NCBI GenBank assembly: GCA_000165425.1
Contig: CT868219.1
Span: 66,728 to 130,727 of the forward strand
Direction of reading: 5' to 3'
Length of the DNA stretch: 64,000 bases
Origin: Paramecium tetraurelia
Lineage: Eukaryota
The notes under the pieces are model-generated. The model searched no databases, was not told where the DNA came from, and saw only the letters and a list, made by a program, of their open reading frames with translations. The position numbers and the translations under genes were made by a program. Below are positions 54,042 to 64,000 of the stretch, piece by piece. How positions within the stretch are numbered: position 1 is the stretch's first letter; the number at the start of each line of letters is the position of its first letter.

Positions 54042-57000
54042 TCAAGACTTTAAGGCTTGAATTGCTTTGTTCAGGATTTCAGATTATAATTTAGGGAATG
54101 CTGGGTTAATTTGTAGAATCAATTTGCAAATATTGATTGCATCAACAAAACGCTAGGTTTATATACTTAATTCATACTTTTGCTTTTAAATAGTTAAATG
54201 CCAATCTATAACCCATAATGGGATTCCTTTGATTTGTCAACTTAAATGCTTTTTCATATGAATTAGAGGCATCTATATATGATTACTCCTTTTCCTTTAT
54301 CAAACCCATTAATTCTTCTGCTTTGGCACAACATTTATTTTATTTCAAGCATTTTCTTAATATTTCTTCAGATTAATCGTATTTTTGAATAGATATAAAT
54401 GCGTCTGCATGTAATAACCAAGCCCTTTCTAATTCATCTCTTTCCCAACCACTTGTATCAGCTTGCTTTGCCCATAGCAATTTCAAAATAGTTTTACCCT
54501 CTGTTTGTTTTTTGCTTAAGAATTTATTGATAGCCAAACTCAACATTGCTGGAACCCATTCTTTATTGCTTTTTAGAATCTGTGCCAAAATAGTACTAGC
54601 CATTTCAATGGATTTTTGAATTCCTGACAACTAAAGTACATATGCCTACATAACTAGATATCTACAGATAATAACAATTATAATTACCTTGACATACTTC
54701 CTCTATTTTACAGTTCCTTAAGTAATTAATCACAAGCCTTTAGATTCTCTACTGCAACTGGTTTTGGTTATTCATCTGTGATTGAGTAATAAAGATCTTA
54801 ATCAGGATTCAAATACAAATCGATCATATAAGTCAAACTGTCTTCAGCATATTATTAATGTTTCTTGGCATAATTAAATTATATCAACGCCTCTTTGGGT
54901 AGATTTTTATATTTATAATACAAGCCTCTGCAAAAACATAACCCTGGTTCATTTTAGTTTTATGTAGCCTTAGCACAATTATCAATTATGGTTTTAAGAC
55001 TTCATCCAATCTGTTTTATTTTCTATACCAATCTATTACTTTAGATAAGGTTCCAAAAGAATTTGGTTTCTCTTGTAAGGTTTGAACGAATTATTAAATT
55101 GATTTCTCACTATCATCCTATTGTAATACTAATTCTGATAACATCATGGAAGCATAATCATTTTTAGGATTCAATTTTTATAATATCTTTAATTTTTATT
55201 CGCATGAAATCTTGTCACCACTTTGATAGAATGTTTCAGCCTATAACTAAATCAAGCTTTCATTTGTAGGTATGAATTTAACACCATCATCTATACAATC
55301 TAAAGTTGCCTTGTAATTTCTCTCATTATAAAAGAAGTACCTGGCTTACTCTAAAAATATTAATCCCAATTGTTCCTTTTCCTTATTTACATTAGCAGCT
55401 TCTTATTTACTTTTCTCAATAACATCTTTTTATGTTTAGACTGCCAATTCAAATGCCTTTCTTATTTTTTCGATTAATTTTTGAGATTCAGCCATCAATT
55501 ACTATTAGATCTTCTCTTTTTCAGCATTTTAGGCTTAATTAAACGTGGCTTATTATAATTTAGTAACCATCCTTGCAATCAAAAGAAAACCTTAAGCATT
55601 TGCTCTCAAAGTTGTCAATGTTGGTGCTGCATAATCATCACTTACAAACTTCTCCCAAACTAGCACTTATTCTGCTTTTTTGATATTATTCATTCTCAAA
55701 TATAATCTACCTAAATCAACTAATAAATCTTATCTTCCTGGAGTCTTCTACAAAGCTGCCTCATAATAATTAACTGCTTTCTGATAATCATATGTCATTG
55801 TAAGAGCATTACCAATAATTCTTGTTATTTCTTCATCTTCTGGATTCAATTCAGCAGCCTTTTAATAACTTAAAACAGCTTCTTGAGGCTCATTAATTTT
55901 CATAAATGCTTCCCCAATCAATTTATAATTTTCTGCTGTAGGTTCTGCCTCAATGATTTCAGCATAACACCTTGTATAATTTCTTCGATCCTTCAAATAC
56001 TTTAAATAGACATCTGCTAAAATAATTCTTGAATTAACAAAATTTGGTTATCCACTTTAAACAGCCTTAAGTATATTAATAGCCTTCTTTATGTCTCCAC
56101 TCTCTATTGCTATTTCACTGTTAGCCATCATAATTGTGCTTTCATGAGGACTGCCTGCATATTCCTAGATAGCCTTTTACATAATCTTTTTGGCTTCAGT
56201 TTCTTTCTTATTAATTGCATACACCTTAGCTAACAATACAAAAACTTGGCATTTATCCTTTTCAGTAAATTACACAATTTTTGACTTAACTTTATTTTTA
56301 TTCTTATATTTTTCCTGCAACTAATTCATAAGCTGCTTCCAGTGTAATTTAGGCATTCTTGTAATCTTCAGTTCTATACTCAACCTCTCCTTTAACTAAC
56401 ATAAATAAGGGATTCTCTCTAATCGCAAAATTATTAGATATGGCTTAATTTAAAGAGTTTGCTGCTAAGTTGATCTATTTAGTTTTAATAGAAATCAATG
56501 CATGCAATATGTATCCATCTTCATTCTTAGGATCTAATTCTAACACTCTATTAATAGTTTTTAATGCTTCCTATGGATCTCCTAATGCCATTTTACCAGT
56601 AGATAATAATAACTAAACATTAGTTAATCCAGGTGCTTATCTTGCAATACTTTCTAATAATTTGGTTCCTTTTCCAATACCTGAAGTTGGTAATTCCTTA
56701 CCTGCTAACATTAAATTAGTGGATAGATTTCTTAGATACATCTAAGCTATGGTAAATGTGAAATCTGGGTTAAACTTTATGTAAAATTCATATCCAGGCA
56801 GCAACTGCTTGCTCTAAGTTAGATGAAGTTTAAGTGTTTCTTCAATAAATTACTAGGCAATGGGAGAGTCAGTGCCTTCAGACTTTTTGCTTTCTAATAG
56901 GGCCTATAAAAATGCAATCTCTGTGGTCCTACCAACAGATACTTAGACTTCCTAAACGAATTCCAATTATTTTTCTGCATCATCAATGACTCCTTATAAT

Positions 57001-58184
57001 ATTTTGCATTAAATCATCCCTGCTAAGGATTCCATTCTACCTTCATCTAAAGCAGCAGCCTCTTAGAAAAATCCATAAGCCTTATCATATTCTTCCAACA
57101 TCAAAGTTTCTTAAGCTAATTCTAAACACAAATCGCCTAATAATGGGGCAATCTTTCGAGTCTTCTAGATTTAACTCATTGTCAATTAGAGAATTTATTG
57201 ATTTCTCCCTGAAACTCTGGATAGCAATTAACAACAATTCAAAACTAATGAGACATTGTCTTCTTCTTGTTTTTAGATGGCATTAAATAATTCTTCAATT
57301 TTCTCTAATGATTCTCTTACATCACCTTTCCTTGCCAAATTATAAAAGGCTATAGCTTTCAATCCAAATATGTTGGTTGGATCATCATAGAGTAGTTTAT
57401 TAGCTAGATCCTAAAATTATTCCCAATCTTAAATGAATATACAAAATCGCAACTTCTCAACATCTGTGTATGGAAAATCTCTCCAAACTATCATTAATTC
57501 ATTTAAGGCGTCCAAGGTGATTGGGTACTTCTTATTTATTTCTGAAGCCTTCGCCAAACCGAGCAAATATTCGATGGGCTTTTAATTGAATTACCCTAAT
57601 GATAATATAAGCTTAAATACCACCAATACTCTAAAAGTAATCGAGGATTTTATCTGGAGTAAATTACTCTTCCTTCTGTAACAACCTATACCACCCTAAA
57701 GTGATTTAACTTATTGGTTGTCCTTCTGATAATAATTCCAAAATTTCCTTTGCCTTTCTACCTTCGTCTACGAATAAATAGAAATAAATGGCACTCTAAA
57801 ATGCTCGATCATTCGGAGTCTTTCTCCCTTCACTCTACATCTGTCTGCAAGTTTCAATTATTTCCTATAGAATTAAAATTTCTCCTATACCCTGTCAACA
57901 CCACGTTATTGCTATGAATAGTAGATGAGTGCTGCTGAAGTCGCAAATTGAAATTCCCTTTTATTTCTAATTAGCGTTAACTCATTGATTGCTTCATTCA
58001 AACTTCCACTTTTGAAATAGCAGAACGCCCTCCAAAATTGAAAGAAGGGATCTTGAGTTCTTTGATAAAACTACATATATTGATCTTAAATTACCTTATG
58101 ACACAACACCTATGTTGATTTCCATAGTCCTTCTCTTAACAAGTAGAAAACTTGAGATTATTGAATAAGTAAATCGCTACTCAT
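54042..58184 (-). CDS. IFT139: IFT-A subunit IFT139/TTC21B (TPR protein)
   Basis: [66 protein letters not shown]. Apparent frameshift near 54991-54998. Confidence 0.93.
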
Positions 58185-58226
58185 TTATATAAAAAAAGAA
58201 AAAAAATAAAATTATAGCAGTTAAGA

Positions 58227-59576
58227 TCAGAGCAATTTAACTAATTGCCCTTGTTTCCAAATTCCTTTGGTAATCTTTTATGACTCATCTCCCTTATGGA
58301 ACTCTCCTTTTCCATGTTATAGTCCCAACTTCCATTGACCAACATATTTACGACCATCAGAATAAGAAAATATTCCAAAGCCATGTTTTTGATCATTCAA
58401 ATATTAGCCCTTATAGAAACGACCATCAGGCCAATTCAAGAGTCCCTTCCCATTCATTTTACCATTCACCCACTCCCCTTGGTATACTCTGCCATCTTGC
58501 CATTTCTAAATTAAAACTCAAATCTAATTATTTACATATGTTCCTTATCCATTGAAGTTGTCAAATTGAAATTCCCCTTCATAGATCTCCCCAGCAATAA
58601 ATGTTAATTTTCCTTTGCCATGTTTTTCCCCATTTAAGAAAGTACCGACGTAAACAGAACCATTAGCATACCATTCTATGCCTTATCCATTCGGGAGATC
58701 CTTTTCCCAACTACCTTTTGCTAATTAATTTTATACGTACCTTCATATTTGCAGCCATTATTATAATTGTATAGACCTTCACCATGCATTTGATTTAACT
58801 TCCATTATCCACGATAGCAGGTGCCTTCCTTACTTTTAAACTCTCCTTTACCATGGAATTGGCCCTTCACGAAATCTCCTGAATAATAGGAGGAATCAGA
58901 AAATGTGTACTTTCCTTTGCCATCTGGTAATGAATCTAACCATTCCCCATAGTAGGTATTACCACCAACCAATTTGATAGTATCATACTTTTATCTCTTA
59001 TTTTTTTATTATAATTTAATTTTATCATTTGTCTCCAGTATTTCCAAACTCAAAACACAACGAAATTTAAATGAGTTTATTTTCTCTTTTTAATTTAGGA
59101 GAGATCTTAGGCTTTTATTAGGAGATTAAAGCAGTTTGTTTTATGGAGTTTAGTCATATTAGTCCAATTCTTCAAAATCGAAAGAATCGGATTCTTTTGG
59201 TTGTAATTTAAGACTTTATTGACGATTGAAAATTGAGAGAGCTGAATGTTTTTGATTGTTTTGAATGCTAGAATATACATTTGAACAATCAAACTAATTA
59301 ATTTTTGGAGAATAAGAGCTGGTATGATACTCAATTAAGAAATCTTATGTTGAGTTGCATATTATCTAATTCCTTGCTCTCCTCTCTGCTAATTTTTAAC
59401 TTCAAATACAATATCTTAATTTACTTGAATTTTTATCGAGTTATATATGATCTATATGCGGATTGGATTCTGATGGCCATTTGATGATTGTATGGCGATT
59501 AATGAACAACGAGATATTGATTTCTGCCTGATTTCTGTAACTCTTGCTTCTATACGCATTAATTACACGAGCCCAT
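58227..59576 (-). CDS. MORN-repeat protein with MGSCxxC acylation-type N-terminus
   Basis: Repeated YxGxWxxxxxxGxG units (YYGEWLDSLPDGKG, YEGEFQFDNFNGQG, YKGQYLNDQKHGFG). Confidence 0.9.
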
Positions 59577-59657
59577 AATATTTTATTTATATATATAAAA
59601 CTGATTTAATAATCTATATCAAAAATACACAATATTTTTATCCTTACTTATATTGCT

Positions 59658-60860
59658 ATGGAAATGTAGACCAGAATAAATGTGATCTGCTAATACCATA
59701 ATTTATTATAAATTGAATAAGCTGTATTAAATAGAATTTCACAATTATTTATTTAATTTTGTATGATGATCTTATAGCCAAATATGATGTTCTGTATTAC
59801 AGAATTAATGATCTGTTGAGGAGGTATTCTGAGTCAAGAATATTATTTTTGCTTCAATCTTTTAATAAATAATATAATTATTGATCCAAGGAAGTGTATC
59901 AAACTATAATACCATCAAGACAAAGAAGAAAAGTTTAATAATAGGAGATGTAATTGAGTGAATAGAATATTGAATTATAAGGAAAATTACATTCCAATAA
60001 GAAAATACTTATAAACTAAACTCTGATTTTGGAAAGAGAGATTCAAACCAGATTGAAAAGTTCATTAGATTCGCAGGCTAACCGTAATTAAGATTTATGA
60101 AAACCCATAATCATACCTTCATATCCCCAATTTTATATAATGGTTATTGCATATTAATAATTTGTCTATATTGAACGATTTCATTCAAATTTTAAAGGCT
60201 TTACCACTTCTAAAAATTTATGTTTACGTGAAAACAAAGAGAAAGTTAATTTAATGAATGATTATGTAGGAATTAATTGAAAATATAGTTTACATTTAAT
60301 ATTTAAGAATATTGGTAGTCGATCGAAAGCGATATATTAAATAGAATACATTAGAAGATTATTATAGACTACACACTTCTAAATTATTAATTCTACATTT
60401 TTATTAGATAATAAATAGAAAGCCTAATATTATATTAATTTAGAAGGAAAATCCAGAAACTGCAAAAGGGGAAGAAAATATAAATATTTTTTTTTTTTAC
60501 ATTACTATTTTAATCTGATAGGAAAATTAAGATTATTTTTAAAGTCATTCAGGATTAAATTAATTTATAAGATAATTTAATGAAAAGTTCTCATTCAAAA
60601 GAAGTTACAAATCAAATTTTTTGACATAAAATAATAGGAAGAAGGAAATTTACATTAGGGGATTAATTGTCTTTCTAATTTCCCATCCTTTTAATATAGT
60701 ATATTCATGTCATCTTATGAAAAATTAATTACAAAGATTTAGAGGTGTAAATGGGTTAATAGAAAATCATTAGCATGGTGAACTCAAATACTCAGGGAAA
60801 ATGGATAATATTGATTAATATAATGATCTTGTTTAGAAATTAGAAGTAAATCTTTAATGA
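59658..60860 (+). pseudogene. Probable decayed gene
   Basis: 1.2 kb with short codon-like frames broken by TGA, in a locus where intergenics are usually under 300 bp. Confidence 0.35.
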
Positions 60861-60902
60861 TTAAAATAATATATGGTATTTATTATTAAATATATTATAA
60901 TT

Positions 60903-61805
60903 ATGTAACAGGAAAGCATATATAACTTGATTCCTAAGGAATATGTACCTCCTCCTAAAGAACCGATGTATAGATCGGCATATCCAAGTGGATTGACACC
61001 AACTGGCAGCACATTCAATAACCATACAACTAGTCGACCTAAAGTAGTTGTATTATTTATTCAGGTTAATAATATCAATGGAGAATTTGATTTAGTTCGG
61101 GGACCACACAGTCATAAAGGATAATCGAATTCTCTCGGTAGACCTAAGGGTAATTTAACATTCAAATTTTATAGGATCATACAAACCTGATTCTACTATG
61201 TTCAGGTTAAAAAATACTGGAACAATGGGATCAAACCAACTGCCTGAAGGTATTGTTTTGTAATTATAAAATAGTCAAACAATATAAATACCCTCCTTCA
61301 GTCAGACCTCCAGTACCTAAAAAAGATGAAAAGCCTATTCATGGCCTTAAATCAAATAAAAATTATATAGTGACGAATGCAGTTGAAAATATTCTAAGTG
61401 CTCCAAAGCAAATAGTGGATGATAAACAATGGACTGAAAAAAAGGACTATGGTAAGGTACCTGACTATCTTACAAAAATATAATAAAGCATTTCTAGTGA
61501 ATATGAAATTATTAGAAATATGCACATAAGTGAGGCTGAAGAAATGGATAAACAAAAATATTTGATGACTCAAGAAGAAGTCGAACAATTAAAAAAGGGA
61601 TTAAAAAAGAAATGGGAATCAGTTAACAAAGAATACTAATCAATTACACATATTAGGATGATTGATACTGTTGGATTGAAGAGAAAGTAATCATTAATCT
61701 TTATTCCATTATAGGAAAGAGCAATGTGAGAAGGAGTTAGCCTAATTGGAGAAGGATATTGAAAAATTAAATAAAAATTATGTCTTTGTTGACACATAAA
61801 AATGA
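60903..61805 (+). CDS. ENKUR: Enkurin (axonemal microtubule inner protein)
   Basis: ESIYNLIP, PPVPKKDEKP..KNYIVTNA, KKDYGKVPDYL, GLKKKWESVNKEYQ, LEKDIEKL. Confidence 0.92.
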
Positions 61806-61875
61806 TGATTATCCCAAAAATATATATATATATAATCGTATTTAACTTTGCCGCTTGATTAATTAAATAATTAAT

Positions 61876-63122
61876 ATGGGAATTCATCAGCTTATGTAAT
61901 TTCTGAAGGAAAAAGCACCTAATTGTTTTAGGACTTTGATGCTTGACTACTTTGCTGGCAGGTAATAACAATCATTTACATGTAGAACTATCGGTTGTGA
62001 TGCATCTATGGCTATGTATTAGTTTTTAATTTAAACACAATCTGCAGGATTAACACAAATTATAGAGTTGACAGATAAAGAAGGTAATAGAACTGGACAT
62101 CTAGTTGGATTATTTAATAGAACATTGCAGTTTCTTGAGAATGGAATTAAACCTGTTTGGGTATTTGATGGAAAACCACCTTTATTAAAAAGTGGTGAAT
62201 TGGCAAGAAGAAAAAAATTAAAAGAGGAGGCTAAAGTTAAAACTGAATTGGCTCTCGAATAGGGTGACATGCAATAGGCTTTACTTCAAAATCAAAGAAC
62301 AACAACTATATCTAGTATTATGAAAGAAGATGCAATCAAAATGCTATAATTAATGGGATGTCCTGTTATTATAGCCCCATGTGAAGCAGAAGCTTAATGT
62401 GCGGAATTATGTAGAGCAGGAAAAATATACGCTACAGCAACTGAGGATATGGATGCTTTGACATTCAGAACTCCAGTTTTATTGAGAGGGTTTAATACAA
62501 AAAAGGAACCTATTTATGAAATCATTTATGATGATATGATCAAAGAATTAGAATTAACATATGAATAATTTGTAGATCTATGCATTTTAGTAAAACTTAA
62601 TTTTATTCATTTTTAGTGTGGATGCGATTATACTGAAAAAATCGAAGGTATTGGACCTGGAACAGCATATAAACTCATTAAAGAATATAAAAGCATTGAG
62701 GGAATTTTAGAGCACGTTCAGAAAGTAAATGCAGAAAGAGAAAAAAATAATTAAAATCCTAAATACACAGTGCCTTCAAAATTTTTGTATTAAGACAGTC
62801 GAGAGTTGTTCATTACTCCATTAGTATAAAAGGGAGATGAACTTTAAGTAAAATTACAATATAACTCAAGTTAACTTGGAACAAGCCTGATGTAGATAAT
62901 CTTAAGAAGTTTCTTATTGAAGAAAAAGGATTTGCAGAGTCTAGAATAGATAATGGATTAAAAAGAATAGCTAAAAAAGATCCCGCAGGTTTTTAAAGTA
63001 GACTGGAAAATTTCTTTGGTAAAACAACAAAAATAATTCATCCAAATAATAGCAAAGCAAAAGCTAAATCGAATAAAAAGACTGAGCAGCCTTAAAAATC
63101 TGGTGGAAAGAAAAAAATTTGA
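61876..63122 (+). CDS. FEN1: Flap endonuclease 1
   Basis: [59 protein letters not shown] box QSRLENFF. Confidence 0.97.
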
Positions 63123-63387
63123 TATATTTTAATATCTTTATTATAGTTATATTTATAATATTAGAAGAATCTATTTAAAATTATAATCATTTAAATTTAA
63201 GTAAAATTAATTGTCTGAAAGGATGCATGAAATTTGCTATTAAAAATAGAATTATGAAAATCTAAAATCGATAATTTAGTTTTAATAAAGTACCAACGTA
63301 TCATTTGGAACTTTGGAGTTTTTTTGATTACCATTCTTAAACTCTAACATCAAAATAATTTTTTTAAGTTTAAATTTAATCATAAAA

Positions 63388-64000
63388 ATGATTGAAGCTA
63401 AATAGCAAATACAAAAGTCTGTTTATAAATATTCTTACCTTCTAAATGATATCTTAGGGGAGGGCTATTCTTCTAAGGTGTATAAGGGGATTCATAATGA
63501 TACAGGATAGGTTGTAGCGATAAAAGTTATAAACCTTTAAACTTTAGTTACTCCAATCTCATAGAGTTTGCTAAAAAATGAGATAAGCATAATCAAGTAA
63601 TTAAACCATGAGAATCTAATGAAAGTGTATGAGGCCTTTCAGACAAGAAACAACACCTATATCATATGCGAATTCTGTTGTGATGGGGATTTAGCCAATA
63701 TTTTAAGATCAACTAACTTAACAATAAAAGAGATTATTGATATATTTACTCAAATATCGAGAGGAGTGAAGGCCCTTCATGATCAAAGTAACTGCATTCC
63801 TATATAATTTAGAAATAATACATAGAGATATAAAGCCTGCAAACATTTTAAGATTGAATGGCATATATAAATTGTCAGATTTTGGATTTGCGATTGTAGA
63901 AAATGATTTCGAGAGCATAATTAAGAAGTTTCATGTAGGAACTCCAGTATATATGGCACCAGAAACTGTTCAGTTAAATCAGTATTCTGAAAAATCTGAC
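63388..64000 (+). CDS. Ser/Thr protein kinase (ULK/CAMK-like), truncated by the window end
   Basis: LGEGYSSKVY, VAIK, IHRDIKPAN, DFGFA, GTPVYMAPE. Confidence 0.92.

Noticed and set aside
54042..61805. Ciliary gene cluster (IFT139, MORN, enkurin, plus PACRG)
   Set aside because: Ciliary genes are abundant in ciliates, and these are interspersed with unrelated genes; no shared regulatory motif was seen.
1..64000. tRNA/rRNA genes, telomeric C4A2/C3A3 arrays, retained TA-bounded IESs
   Set aside because: None were recognisable by eye. The gene interruptions examined were GT-AG introns or 1-2 nt indels. tRNAscan/Infernal and MIC-read mapping would be needed to exclude them formally.

Overview
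AT-rich, gene-dense ciliate macronuclear-type DNA, most consistent with Paramecium. TAA/TAG read as Gln, TGA is the only stop, introns are 20-35 nt GT..AG, and some intergenic gaps are only 13-50 bp. The supplied standard-code ORF track is therefore fragmented and partly artefactual; all calls below come from manual code-6 translation. About 30 genes are supported: ASCC3/Slh1 helicase, TauE transporter, two cNMP-binding proteins, a SAPS-like protein, two near-identical inverted PACRG copies, CTD phosphatase, HTH protein, secreted CHAP amidase, TBC protein, CDPK, GH85 ENGase, Tul1-like and other RING E3s, an alpha/beta hydrolase, an EF-hand protein, two more kinases, a Slo-family K+ channel, RPN5, IFT139, a MORN protein, enkurin and FEN1. 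Several decayed gene remnants lie between them. Most notable: an ENGase with an FBA-type glycan-binding domain inserted after the catalytic core, a standalone dynein microtubule-binding-domain-like protein, the inverted PACRG duplication, a secreted GSP-amidase-type CHAP protein, a ZNFX1-like pseudogene and a TBC protein lacking both catalytic fingers. No RNA genes, CRISPR arrays, telomere arrays or intact mobile elements were seen, and no coordinated multi-gene novel system can be claimed.
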